64,000 nucleotides of DNA from an uncultured Verrucomicrobiae bacterium (GCA_963812605.1 CAWEWF010000004.1:192001-256000), one strand, 5' to 3'; shown: positions 21,839-31,787, counted from the first letter of the stretch. Program-made: numbers and translations. Notes: generated by a model not told the origin, from the sequence alone.

Positions 21839-22549
21839 TTCACCTCCACCACGGAATGATTTTCCTTGTCGGTCTCGTCACCGTTTGGATCGGCAATCCA
21901 GTGGTCGCCGTCGATGACAAACTGGTAGAGATGTCGGCCCGGCTTCAACTCGACTTCCGCACGCCACACACCGTCACCATCCGGGCCGTGCATGACGAAT
22001 TGCGGATCAAAAACGAGACCGTCGCGGTTGTGCCCCCAATCATTGAAATCGCCCGCGAGATAGACCAGGTGCGCCGTCGGGGCGTAACACGCGAGGAGTA
22101 CGCCGTGAGACGTGCGTTGTGGCTTCCACTTCGGGTTGCGCGCGCTGGGAATGAGCACGTCACCGCCAGCGCTGACGCGAAGAATGGCGTTCTGGTCGCC
22201 GTCGCGTTCGTCAATCGAATCGGGCGCGAACCACCCATTCCCCTCGCCGTTCACATTGAACTTGAAACGATACATCCCCGAATCGAGTTTTACTGTCTTG
22301 CGCCAGACGCCGTTGGTGTCGGGTCCGTTCATTGCAAATGCGGAATTGGTAATGCGTCCATCCACATTATTCGCCCAGCCGTTGAAATCGCCCGCCAGAT
22401 AAACGACGTGCGCCTCGGGTGCGTAGCATTGAAAAAGAATGCCGCCATCCGTCTTTTGCGGGAGAAGCGAGAGCGATTGCGCGAGGGAATTGTGTTTGCG
22501 CGGAAACGGTCGTCGTGATTGCCAACAGGATCAACAACGCACGGTTCAT
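21835..22549 (-). CDS. Secreted tandem CBM48/AMPK1-CBM (glycogen-binding) protein, frameshift near 22437
   Basis: Two copies of YAP.A..VYLAGDFN.W...GVW....L..G.Y.F.F..DG.W..D; signal peptide from ATG 22549. Confidence 0.82.
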
Positions 22550-23220
22550 TTCCGCCGCACGATGGTCTCGAGCTGCTGCCGCAACTTGACGATGCTGTCG
22601 GCCGGACAGACCCCGCGCCAAAGAATATTCGGGTAGAGCACGGTGTTGCGCCCGATGATCGAGCCCGGATTCAGCACGCAGTTGCAGCCGATGTCGCAGC
22701 CGTCGCCGACAATCGCCCCGAACTTGCGCAAGCCGGTGTCGATGTCATTGCCGTACTTGACCGTGATATTGCCCTTCATCGATTTGGCATTCGACAGAAT
22801 CACGCCCGCGCCGAGGTGCGCCTTGAAACCCAGGATGGAATCGCCGACATAACTGAAATGCGGAACCTGCACGCCATTAAAGAGCACGGAGTTTTTGAAT
22901 TCAGACGCATTGCCGAGCACACAGTCATTGCCCACGATGACATCGCCGCGGACATAAGCGCTGGAGCGAATCTGGCAATTTTCCCCGATAATCGCCGGCC
23001 CCTTGATCACCGCGCCGTGCTCGATGACCGTTCCCTTGCCGACAAACACATCGTCGGCGATGTACGGCACGCCAATGGTCGTGCACAATCGCGCGGGCTT
23101 GAGGTGCCGCTTGATAAAATCGGGTAGCTTCTTCAGCACGTCCCAGACGTGTTCGTCGCCGTCGAATAACTCGGGAAAAGAAAACTGCTTCAGTTCGAGG
23201 AAGTTTTCCGCGCGAAACAT
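22546..23220 (-). CDS. GlmU-like left-handed beta-helix (hexapeptide) acyltransferase
   Basis: GPAIIGENCQI, HFSYVGDSILG, TGLRKFGAIVGD, IGCNCVLNPG. Confidence 0.88.
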   Translation of the reverse strand: MFRAENFLELKQFSFPELFDGDEHVWDVLKKLPDFIKRHLKPARLCTTIGVPYIADDVFVGKGTVIEHGAVIKGPAIIGENCQIRSSAYVRGDVIVGNDCVLGNASEFKNSVLFNGVQVPHFSYVGDSILGFKAHLGAGVILSNAKSMKGNITVKYGNDIDTGLRKFGAIVGDGCDIGCNCVLNPGSIIGRNTVLYPNILWRGVCPADSIVKLRQQLETIVRRK

Positions 23221-23331
23221 GCGGGCATCCTAATGACGCGGCCGCCTCCCGGCAAGCAGTTCCGTGCGCAGCGCGCGGTTTACCTTAGGCTGGCGCACAA
23301 CCCAAAATCCGTGTAAAGGTCATGGTCATGA

Positions 23332-23791
23332 ATGCGCCCACTGATGAATACCCCGCTCACCGCGCTGGAGTATTACAATCTTGTCCGCGAGCGCCTTGAG
23401 CACGAGGACAATCTGATCGTGCAGCGGCTCACCTGGCTGGTCGGGTCGCAGTCGTTCCTCTTTACCGCCTACGCCATCGTGTCGAACGGCTTGATGTCCC
23501 CGCCGCAACTCGCCTCCGCGCATCTCACCGACCAACTGCAATTGCTGTTTCAGTTGATTCCCATCGTGGCCATGCTGACCTGCATTCTCATCTACATCAG
23601 CATCCTCGCGGCGGTGGTGACCATGCGCCGGCTGCGCAACGGCTATCGCTCACGGTTCGGTCCTGAAGAAGACTGCCTTGCCGCCCATCATGACCGCCGC
23701 GCCGGTCCGCTTGTTCGGCCTCGTCGCCCCGCTGTTATTGCCGCTGGTGTTTTCCACGATCTGGCTGATTCTCTGGGTGCACGGGCTGTAG
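23332..23791 (+). CDS. Small membrane protein (3 TM), frameshift near 23677
   Basis: [24 protein letters not shown]; the shifted frame gives [37 protein letters not shown]-stop. Confidence 0.7.
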
Positions 23792-25948
23792 CAGCGCGAC
23801 CATTTTGCTCAAGTCGCCTGTGGGCAACTGGCAGGCGTAGTTGACGCAAACGTAGGCGGTGGCCTTGCCGCCCATCGGCTTGATGCTTTCGAGAAACGGC
23901 AGCAGTTTCACCAGCGACTTCTGCGATTCATCACCCTCCGCAAGAATCACAATGGCGTTCGGCAGATAACGCTCGCCGAGCGCTCGCAGCATCGCGCGGG
24001 TATCCGCAGCGTCGGCCTTGCCCGCAATGACAATCTGCTTCGGCTGACTGAGGTAAAAATCCAGCGCGCAAAGCATCTGCGGCACAACCTGTGGCGCTTT
24101 GGACAGATGACCGCTAAAAAGCTGCAGTGTCTTCTCCGCGGCATTGCGATAATCGGCGCGATCGGTAAACTGCGCGAGCCGCAGCAGTAGCAATGTCGCC
24201 ATCGAATTGCCGCTGGGCTCCGCGCCGTCGTAGTCTTCCTTGGAGCGAACGATGACACTCGGGTCGCGTCCATCCGTCTGGAAAAACCCGCCCTCCTTCG
24301 CATCATAGAACTGTGCGAGCATCGCGTCGGCAAGTTCCGTCGCTTTCTGTAACCATTGCGGATCGAAGTCCGCTTCATAAAGATCCACCAGGCCGTTGGC
24401 GAAAAACGCGTGGTCTTCGACCATCGCCGGCACCGTCGCCGTACGGGTCAGCTTGCCGTCCCTGAGACGATTGGTGAGAATGTAACGCGCTGCCTGCTCG
24501 GCGGCGGCGCGGTATTTGGGTTCATCGAGTGCTTGCGCGGCTCGCGCGAACGCGGAAATCATCAATCCATTCCACGCCGTCAGGATCTTCTCGTCGCGAT
24601 GGGGCCGCACCCGTTTCTCGCGGGCCGCAAACAGCTTCGCCCGACCCTCCTCCAAAATCGCGGCAACTTCTTTCTCCGACTTCTGGAACTCCTTGGCGGT
24701 TTCCGCAAGCGTGAGCGTGACGTGCAGCACATTGTTGCCGTGCTCCCAATTGCCATCGGGTTCAACACCGTAGTAGCGGCAGAAAATCCCGGCCTTCTCC
24801 TTGTCGCCGATGATCTTGTCGATCTCATCGCGCGTCCAAACGTAGAATTTGCCTTCCACCCCTTCGCTATCGGCATCCTCCGCCGAATAAAACCCGCCTT
24901 CGGGACTGGTCATGTCGCGCAATACGTAATCGCAAGTGCGCCGGGCGATGTCGGCATAAAACGGATCATGCGTGATCTGATACGCGTCAATATAGCTGGA
25001 AACAAGCTGCGCCTGGTCGTAGAGCATCTTTTCGAAATGCGACACCAGCCATCTTTGGTCGACGCTGTAGCGATGGAAGCCGCCCCCAAGTTGATCAAAC
25101 AGTCCGCCTTCCCCCATCGCCCGCAACGTGTGCAGCGCCATCTCGCGGGCCTTCGTTGCTTCCGGTGGTGCAGGCGTCCCTGCCTGCAGCCGCGCGAAGT
25201 AGCGAAACAGAAAATTCAAGGCGACCGGTCGCGGGAACTTCGGCGCCATGCTGAATCCGCCATGCACCGTGTCGTACGATGTCCGGAACTGATCGAAACC
25301 CGCGCTGAGTGCCGCGTCATCGAGTGGACGGTTCGGAGATCCATTCGTATCGATATTCGCGTACTGGTTGATGGTCTCCACAATGTTGCTGGCCTGGGCG
25401 AGCACGCCGGTACGGTTCCCCTCCCAAACATCGTGCACGCGCTGGAGCAAATCCTTGAAACCGGGGCGGCCATAGCGCGAGTCCGGCGGGAAATACGTGC
25501 CGCAAAAGAACGGCTTCAGCTCCGGCGTCAGCCACACGCTCATCGGCCAGCCGCCGCTGCCCGTCGTCGCCTGCACCGCCGTCATGTAAACCTTGTCGAT
25601 GTCCGGGCGCTCTTCGCGGTCGACCTTGATGCAAACGAAGTATTGGTTCATGACGGCGGCGATGCCCTCGTTCTCGAACGACTCGTGCTCCATGACATGG
25701 CACCAGTGGCACGTCGAGTAGCCGATGGACAGGAAGATCGGCTTGTTCTCCTTGCGCGCCCGGGCGAACGCCTCTTCCCCCCACGGATACCAATCCACGG
25801 GATTGTAGGCGTGCTGCAGCAGATAGGGACTCTTCTCATGGATCAGACGGTTCGGCTTGTGCGTGGTGGTTTCGTCGCCCATGACGGCGCAAGATACCAC
25901 AGCCGCCAGACCGGCGACGAGTAATCCGCGATACAGGGTTACCGCCAT
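23735..25948 (-). CDS. YyaL/SSP411 family thioredoxin-domain protein
   Basis: [52 protein letters not shown]...CQLP. Confidence 0.95.
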   Translation of the reverse strand: MAVTLYRGLLVAGLAAVVSCAVMGDETTTHKPNRLIHEKSPYLLQHAYNPVDWYPWGEEAFARARKENKPIFLSIGYSTCHWCHVMEHESFENEGIAAVMNQYFVCIKVDREERPDIDKVYMTAVQATTGSGGWPMSVWLTPELKPFFCGTYFPPDSRYGRPGFKDLLQRVHDVWEGNRTGVLAQASNIVETINQYANIDTNGSPNRPLDDAALSAGFDQFRTSYDTVHGGFSMAPKFPRPVALNFLFRYFARLQAGTPAPPEATKAREMALHTLRAMGEGGLFDQLGGGFHRYSVDQRWLVSHFEKMLYDQAQLVSSYIDAYQITHDPFYADIARRTCDYVLRDMTSPEGGFYSAEDADSEGVEGKFYVWTRDEIDKIIGDKEKAGIFCRYYGVEPDGNWEHGNNVLHVTLTLAETAKEFQKSEKEVAAILEEGRAKLFAAREKRVRPHRDEKILTAWNGLMISAFARAAQALDEPKYRAAAEQAARYILTNRLRDGKLTRTATVPAMVEDHAFFANGLVDLYEADFDPQWLQKATELADAMLAQFYDAKEGGFFQTDGRDPSVIVRSKEDYDGAEPSGNSMATLLLLRLAQFTDRADYRNAAEKTLQLFSGHLSKAPQVVPQMLCALDFYLSQPKQIVIAGKADAADTRAMLRALGERYLPNAIVILAEGDESQKSLVKLLPFLESIKPMGGKATAYVCVNYACQLPTGDLSKMVALLQPVHPENQPDRGKHQRQ
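25164..25188 (+). repeat. REP-like palindrome inside the YyaL CDS
   Basis: GGTGGTGCAGGCGTCCCTGCCTGCA, near-identical to intergenic copies at 27332, 27418 and 61114. Confidence 0.85.
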
Positions 25949-26023
25949 CAGTTCAACTATACATTCATTCGAGAAACTTGCTCCACGCGAATCGTTCGAG
26001 ACATCGCCGCATCATAACTATCA

Positions 26024-26287
26024 GTGGATCATACTCTGAAGTTTTTCGGATCAGTGTTCGGGTGTTGCGATGTCGAACGGTTGCTGTTCGAATATGTGCA
26101 AGGGACCCTTGAGCCGGAGGTAAAACACCGGCTCGACGAACATTTTCGCGATTGTCCGCCCTGCATTGAGTTCCTGCGCACCTACCGGCAAACCATCGAC
26201 GTCACCCGTCAGTTCTGTTGTAACCAAGTGGAGATTCCATCCGAAGTCCGCACGAAACTGGAGGAGTTTATTCGCGCTGGGTTTTAG
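26024..26287 (+). CDS. Soluble zinc-finger anti-sigma factor (zf-HC2)
   Basis: C..VERLLFEYV.G.L ... HFRDCPPC. Confidence 0.85.
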   Translation: MDHTLKFFGSVFGCCDVERLLFEYVQGTLEPEVKHRLDEHFRDCPPCIEFLRTYRQTIDVTRQFCCNQVEIPSEVRTKLEEFIRAGF

Positions 26288-26388
26288 GGTTCGGGGAGCT
26301 TGTCTTTTACGATTCCCGCTTATCAGACTTGAAACTGCGTCTATTATAGTGCATCAAAGGCTTTTGCAGCGGAGTCGTACCCATTCTC

Positions 26389-27006
26389 ATGTCGAAGCCG
26401 AACGCCCAAATCGATGACGTTCAATTGGTCGCCCGCCTCAAGCAGCGTGATAAATCTGCTTTGGAGGAGCTTGTCCATGTCCACGGCGCGAAGATGTACG
26501 GCGTCGCCCTCCAGTTTATGCGCAATGAATCTGACGCGCATGAGGTCATGCAGGACGCCCTCGTCTCCATCTGGAACAAGATCGGCTCGTTCGAGGGCAA
26601 ATCGGCGTTCACTTCCTGGATCTATCGCGTCACTGCCAACGCGGGGCTGATGGCCCTCCGCAAAAAGAAGCGGCGCGAGAACGACATCTCGCTCGACGCC
26701 GTCGGGGCCGACGATGACGACGCGCCCCTGCCCGCGTTGCAACTGAGCGATAAGCGACCGCTCCCCGACAAAGTGGTGATGACCGGTGAACTCGGCGAGC
26801 AGGTGCGTACCGCCATCAGCCAATTGCCCGAACCGTACCGCGTGGCCGTGCTCCTGCGCGACGTGGAGGAATTGCCGATGGCCGAAGTCATGCGGGAAAC
26901 CGGCTTGAGCGAGCCGGCGTTGAAAAGCCGCCTGCATCGGGCACGGTTGGCGCTTCGGGAAGCCCTGCTGCCGTACCTCAAAGGGCAGGACATACAGAAG
27001 TCATGA
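26389..27006 (+). CDS. ECF sigma factor
   Basis: Region 2 DAHEVMQD...FEGKSAFTSWIYRV; region 4 LPEPYR...LKSRLHRAR. Confidence 0.93.
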   Translation: MSKPNAQIDDVQLVARLKQRDKSALEELVHVHGAKMYGVALQFMRNESDAHEVMQDALVSIWNKIGSFEGKSAFTSWIYRVTANAGLMALRKKKRRENDISLDAVGADDDDAPLPALQLSDKRPLPDKVVMTGELGEQVRTAISQLPEPYRVAVLLRDVEELPMAEVMRETGLSEPALKSRLHRARLALREALLPYLKGQDIQKS

Positions 27007-27290
27007 GCATGAAAAAAATCATGGGTCATTTGAAATGCCTCTTGCGCCCGGGCGGGTGCTCGCACACCAAGAAACTGCTCTTCGAATTCGTCGAGGGCCA
27101 ACTAACTCCCGAGACCCATCGCAAACTGGAGAAGCACATCGGCAATTGCCCCCCCTGCCTCGACTACGTGAAAAGCTACCGGCACACCATCCAGGTCACC
27201 CATCACCACGGTCTGCCCGAAACCCCCATGCCCCCCGCCTTAAAGCAGAAACTCCGCGAGTTCATCGAACAGCACCCCGATCTGAAGTGA
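27003..27290 (+). CDS. Soluble zinc-finger anti-sigma factor (zf-HC2)
   Basis: C....KLLFEFVEG.L ... HIGNCPPC; overlaps the sigma stop codon. Confidence 0.87.
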   Translation: MSMKKIMGHLKCLLRPGGCSHTKKLLFEFVEGQLTPETHRKLEKHIGNCPPCLDYVKSYRHTIQVTHHHGLPETPMPPALKQKLREFIEQHPDLK

Positions 27291-27330
27291 CCCCAAAAGC
27301 CTTGGAGCTGGAAGTAGTCCCCGAAACCTC

Positions 27331-27442
27331 TGGTGGCACAGGCGCCCCTGCCTGTGTAGATGGATTTTGACAGGTACAGAGGCCTGTCCCACCATTGAAG
27401 GGGTCTCATAAACGCTTGGTGGCGCAGGCGTCCCTGCCTGCG
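27331..27442. repeat. REP cluster: inverted doublet plus a third copy
   Basis: TGGTGGCACAGGCGCCCCTGCCTGTG (27331), inverted ACAGGTACAGAGGCCTGTCCCACCA (ends 27394), GGTGGCGCAGGCGTCCCTGCCTGCG (27418). Confidence 0.85.
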
Positions 27443-27452
27443 TGAATGGATT

Positions 27453-27704
27453 CTACCGCACCTTCGACGCCGTCATCTCCGTGCCGACCGACCGCAGCGC
27501 ATTGTTCACCTGCCGCAACAGCCCCTCGGCCGGCTGCTTGAACGTAATCTCAATCTCCTGCCGCGCAGGATTCGTACGAACCCGCAACACGCTGGGCAGT
27601 TGAAGAATCTCCTCCGCGGCGCGACCCAGAAATTCCGTCTCGTTATCCTCTCGCAACGTAAATCTCATCATCCCAACCTCGCATACCGGATTCACATGGT
27701 TCAT
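27453..27704 (-). CDS. Small hypothetical protein (possible ferredoxin-like/HMA-like fold without CxxC)
   Basis: 83 aa from ATG 27704 with a purine-rich RBS; ILQLPSVLRVRTNPARQEIEITF pattern. Confidence 0.55.
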   Translation of the reverse strand: MNHVNPVCEVGMMRFTLREDNETEFLGRAAEEILQLPSVLRVRTNPARQEIEITFKQPAEGLLRQVNNALRSVGTEMTASKVR

Positions 27705-28023
27705 GTCCCGTTCCCCGCCTCCTTGCTTGGAAGTATCCCAGCCCAAAGCAACAGCCGCGTGACAACAGCCTGCCAAGTGTGTAGCACTAACGAAGCGCAG
27801 CCGAACATCCAGACCGAACCGGCCGACATTTGACCTCCGTCGAGCTAACCCATTGCAAATCTGCATGTTAACTTGGGGGTTCGTTTCGTAATTTATGTGT
27901 TTTTCGGCCTAATCCCTCCCCCTTACTGCCTTTCTGACTTTCCGCTTCAAGCCGCGTCCAGCGGCGCAGTCGCGCCGTAGGTTTACCGGAGGCGGATCGC
28001 TCCGCTTTCCTTCTTTCCCAATG

Positions 28024-28170
28024 TCAAAGAACTGCGCTGACTTTCTTCCTTCTGCCTTTCCTTAGTCCTTGAAAGTTGGACGTTGGAAGTTGAACGTTCA
28101 ATGTTTATCTGTTTGCTGACCATACCCGTATTGCCACCCCGTGTCCAGCTAAATTATCGATTACCGATAT
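28024..28170 (-). promoter_or_regulatory. Palindrome + sigma70 promoter + boxA-like site (copy 2)
   Basis: Minus strand: ATATCG-N5-CGATAA (28170-28154), TGGACA-N17-TATGGT (28147-28119), CAGTTCTTTGACA (from 28034 downward). Confidence 0.68.
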
Positions 28171-28195
28171 ACGACGTGGGACCAGATTTCCTGTT

Positions 28196-28450
28196 GTAGC
28201 CCGCGTGCCCCCACGCGGCGGTGGCGGGAATTCAGGAATATTCAACCGCTTCCCCGCCACCAGATTGTAGCCGCGAAACGTTTTCGCGGCTGCCGAGCGA
28301 AATTCATTCCCTGGTGTAGCCGACTCGCTCTGTCGAGGCGTCCGTCGGGCAAATGACCAGAAGCGGTCTCATAAATCTTCGGTGGCACAGGCGTCTTGTC
28401 ACTGTCACCATGTACGGCTGTTGTGGTAGGGCGCGACCGCCGGGCGCGCC
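28196..28450 (+). repeat. Array of five different co-oriented GTAG/GTGG REP-like hairpins
   Basis: Tetranucleotide plus stem at 28196, 28267, 28316, 28382 and 28426. Confidence 0.75.
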
Positions 28451-28684
28451 GCCCAGTGCAGATCGCGGATGGCCGGAATTCAGTCGCGGCGCAGCTTTAC
28501 CAGCAGACTTGCCGGGTTTCGCATTGCGACGATCAACCGGACCGTGATATACAACTACGATGAACCGGTTGCCCTTTGGCGACGACCTCAAATGGCCGCG
28601 CGAGTTTGACGGCACATATCGGGCCTTCGCGGACAGGACTCAATTTGCAAAGCAACCAACGCCCAGGCTAAGGACCTAGCTGAC

Positions 28685-29206
28685 ATGGAAACCGTTCGCC
28701 TATTCAGTCTCTTTTTGTCTGCTCCCTCGGATGTAACAGAGGAACATGAAATCATTGCAGGTGTCGTACGCGATTGGAATATCCAGCACGGACGCGCGAC
28801 GGGAGTGCGCGTTGAACTCGTATACTGGCGGACGCATACGTATCCGGCAAGCGGTGGACGGCCCCAAGCCCTGATCAACAAACAAGCATTTGATAAATCC
28901 GACATCGTCACGGGAATCTTCTGGTCAAAGTTCGGAACACCGACAGGGAGATACGGCTCCGGTACGGAGGAGGAATTACAGCGCGGCATGAGAAAAGGAA
29001 AAAAGGTCATGGTGTATTTCTGCCGTCGACCCGCTCCTCGAACGAAGCTGCTAGAACGGTCGAAAATCGACAAATTCAAGCGGAAGCTCGGGAAAAATGC
29101 ACTTTATTGGGAGTATAGCGATCTCATCCTGTTCGAGCGTGAGTTCCGAAATCACTTAGCGATGGTGATGCAGGAGTTGCAAAAAACAAGAAAAGTGAGA
29201 AAATAA
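28685..29206 (+). CDS. DUF4062 (TIR-like/deoxyribosyltransferase-like fold) protein
   Basis: FLSAPSDVTEE, PQALINKQ, DIVTGIFWSKFGTPT, SGTEEE, VMVYF. Confidence 0.82.
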   Translation: METVRLFSLFLSAPSDVTEEHEIIAGVVRDWNIQHGRATGVRVELVYWRTHTYPASGGRPQALINKQAFDKSDIVTGIFWSKFGTPTGRYGSGTEEELQRGMRKGKKVMVYFCRRPAPRTKLLERSKIDKFKRKLGKNALYWEYSDLILFEREFRNHLAMVMQELQKTRKVRK

Positions 29207-29213
29207 GATCGTC

Positions 29214-29657
29214 ATGGGTAGCAAGCATACATTCCGAACACAGGTGAATGGACCGAACGCCACGGTCTACAATGCAGACACCATTCACGTTAAAGCGACT
29301 AAGACGAAGCGTACTTCAACGTCATATCCGAATGGTTGTATAGGCGCTGACCTCATCAGAAGAAACTACGTCCGTTACCTCATTGAGCGGTATAATCGCT
29401 TCAAGCAGGCCGACGCCAGTTTTGGCAAGGCAAGTGGCCGATTTAGCTACGCGGTTGTCTTCAAGAACGTCGAAGCAAAGTTCAAAGCACCAACTTACTT
29501 TATCCCCGTCGAACGGTTCGATGAACTGGTTGACTATTTGCAGTCGCGCGTTGACCAAACCATTCTTGGGAAACGCAATGCCGCCCGTGGTCAGAGGAAT
29601 TACGAAACCTTTGATGAGTACCAATTGACACAGTCGGTAGCAGAGAGCGTAAGCTAG
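29214..29657 (+). CDS. Hypothetical protein, possible ORF6C-like domain
   Basis: 147 aa, 7 bp after the DUF4062 gene; VFKNVEAKFKAPTYFIPVERFDELVDYLQ resembles the ORF6C pattern by eye. Confidence 0.65.
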   Translation: MGSKHTFRTQVNGPNATVYNADTIHVKATKTKRTSTSYPNGCIGADLIRRNYVRYLIERYNRFKQADASFGKASGRFSYAVVFKNVEAKFKAPTYFIPVERFDELVDYLQSRVDQTILGKRNAARGQRNYETFDEYQLTQSVAESVS

Positions 29658-29720
29658 CGTTCCAAAGCGGTAACAGAGAAACCGGTAGCGTTTCATTCAT
29701 TACTTCTCTCAAGTCAAGCC

Positions 29721-31787
29721 CTACCCACTCCCCAGCTTCTTCTGCAAATTTGCGTGGAAGTTGCCGAGCGGGAATTCGTCGGGGTGGACCAGGTCAATCC
29801 ATTTTTTGGGGTCGCTCTCGTCGGTGATGGCGCGGGAGTCTTTTTTCCACTTCGAGGCGACGTTCGGGGGGACGTAGCGCGAAACCAGATCGTGCGCGGC
29901 GAGCCAGAAACTCATCTTCGAGGCGTCGGAGCCGAATTTATAAAGCGCGAGCAGTTCCTGGCGCAGGCCGTCGATACCCTCATAGAGCTTGTCCCAGCGG
30001 ACCGCAAGGTGGTTGTCGTGCCAGATGAGGATGTCGTGCTGATGCAGGTAGGCGAACAGAAGTTGTCCGCCCAATGCGTCGTAATTGCGGACGCGCGTGC
30101 CCGTGATCGGGAAGCGAAAAATGCGGTCGAAGAGCACCGCGTAGGTCACATAATGCGCGAACAGGAAACCTTCCTTCGCCAGCCGCGTCGCCTCATAAAA
30201 GGCGCGCAAATCCACCCGCAGTTCCTCCAAACCGTACATCCAAAAGGGCGCGCGCTGGCGGATCATAAACGGATCGAACGGCAATTCGCCGACGCTGTGC
30301 GATTTGTCGTGGATCAGGTCCCACAACGCGTAGGTGTCCATGATGAGCGGCAGCGAATTAAGAAAACATTCCAACTGCGGATGCATTTCCAGCCGCGTCA
30401 GGCGCGCTGCCTGGGTCACAATTCGCTGGTAGCGTTTCGCTTCGCGGTCGCAAAATATCGTCGCGAAATTGTTCGTCCCCTTCCCCGCCGCCGACACCGT
30501 TTCGGGAAAAAGCACGGCGCATTCGTTATTGTAACCTTCCGTGAAATCCACAAAATGACCGGGCACGATCTTCCCGTTCTGGTATTGCGTCCGCTCCAGT
30601 TCCGCGAGCCAGCCGGGCCACGGCACGCGGTAAATCATCGCCTCGAATCGCCAGTCCAGCGACGCATTCGGCGTGTACATCGGCATCACCCACAGGTGCT
30701 CGATGCCGTCGCATCGCTCCAACTGCGGATTGAACAGCGCCAGCGACTTCGCGAAATCCGGTTTCTTGAATCCCCCATCGATCCACGCGTCGAAATCGAG
30801 CAACACTTGATTGAGGTAGTCCGCCTCATGCGGGAATGATGGTATCAATGCTTGCACAGCGCCCGCTGCCGCCTGTGCAAGATGCGCCGCTTCCTCGTGC
30901 TTCTCGAAGGTCACGTTTCCGTCCGGTTCTTGCAGCCGGCGCAACGCGTTGACCGCGCCCTTCAATGACGACCACGCACCCGACTTCGCCGCGACTGACG
31001 GCGCCACCGCCACGACGCTGCGCGCAAACGTCGGCGCGGAACAACAATACAGGACATTGCGCCACAGTTGCCGGTGATCGAACTCGCGAATGTGATTGTC
31101 GCCAAAGAGCAGTGAATCCGTCACCACGACCACGCGCCCGTCGCCAAATTCCGCCGTCCCAATCACGCCCGCGTGTCGCGGCACCGCTGTCGCGCCCGTA
31201 CGCCAGGCGATGCGCGCGTCTCCTGAAACCGTGCATGTTCCCGCCTGATAGAAGCACGCGCGCTTGACGAAGTGCGCCAGCGGCGTTTCCTCCGCCACCG
31301 GCTCGGCAAAGAACCACGCCGGGTTGTTGTGGACGTTCGCCGCGGTATCCAGCACCGTTGTATTCTCGATGTGCAACCCGCACGGCGCGAGCAGGTCATT
31401 GAGATTGTCGCCGTACTTGTCGTGCTCGTACTCGGAGATGACCAGCAAGCCGCCGCCCGCGCGGACAAATTCCTGAATGTCCTTGATTTCCTGCTCCGAC
31501 AGCCGTGGTGAATTCGTCGAGGTGGTGCGTTCCCATTTCGGGTCGCACGGATGCGCGAGCACCAACACATCCGCTCCACCGAGCACGTCCCACTGCAAGG
31601 GCTTGTCGAGATTGCGGTGGACCGTGAAGTCGCTCGCGGCGAGTGTATCGGCGGCGATTTGATACGAGGAATTGAGCGGATATTCCGGTTGCATCTCCCG
31701 CGCGCGCGCCTCGGAGATCGACCAGCTTTCGCTGTGGTACTCGTCGAAAAGTACGCGGACCGATTTCCGTTGCGTGAGCGCGCTCAT
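29721..31787 (-). CDS. DUF6421 family protein with N-terminal GATase-like (DUF4350-type) domain
   Basis: VLFDEYHSESW N-domain; PMYTPN, AVLFPETV, IFCDREA, WDLIHDKSH, PFDPFMIRQR, LEELRVDL, RVRNYDALGGQ. Confidence 0.82.
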   Translation of the reverse strand: MSALTQRKSVRVLFDEYHSESWSISEARAREMQPEYPLNSSYQIAADTLAASDFTVHRNLDKPLQWDVLGGADVLVLAHPCDPKWERTTSTNSPRLSEQEIKDIQEFVRAGGGLLVISEYEHDKYGDNLNDLLAPCGLHIENTTVLDTAANVHNNPAWFFAEPVAEETPLAHFVKRACFYQAGTCTVSGDARIAWRTGATAVPRHAGVIGTAEFGDGRVVVVTDSLLFGDNHIREFDHRQLWRNVLYCCSAPTFARSVVAVAPSVAAKSGAWSSLKGAVNALRRLQEPDGNVTFEKHEEAAHLAQAAAGAVQALIPSFPHEADYLNQVLLDFDAWIDGGFKKPDFAKSLALFNPQLERCDGIEHLWVMPMYTPNASLDWRFEAMIYRVPWPGWLAELERTQYQNGKIVPGHFVDFTEGYNNECAVLFPETVSAAGKGTNNFATIFCDREAKRYQRIVTQAARLTRLEMHPQLECFLNSLPLIMDTYALWDLIHDKSHSVGELPFDPFMIRQRAPFWMYGLEELRVDLRAFYEATRLAKEGFLFAHYVTYAVLFDRIFRFPITGTRVRNYDALGGQLLFAYLHQHDILIWHDNHLAVRWDKLYEGIDGLRQELLALYKFGSDASKMSFWLAAHDLVSRYVPPNVASKWKKDSRAITDESDPKKWIDLVHPDEFPLGNFHANLQKKLGSG

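Noticed and set aside
27771-27790. CIRCE or sigma54 site (TAGCACT; TGGCA)
   Set aside because: Only half-matches, with wrong spacing
28196-28450. CRISPR array
   Set aside because: Units share only GT(A/G)G plus a stem, spacing is irregular, and there are no cas genes
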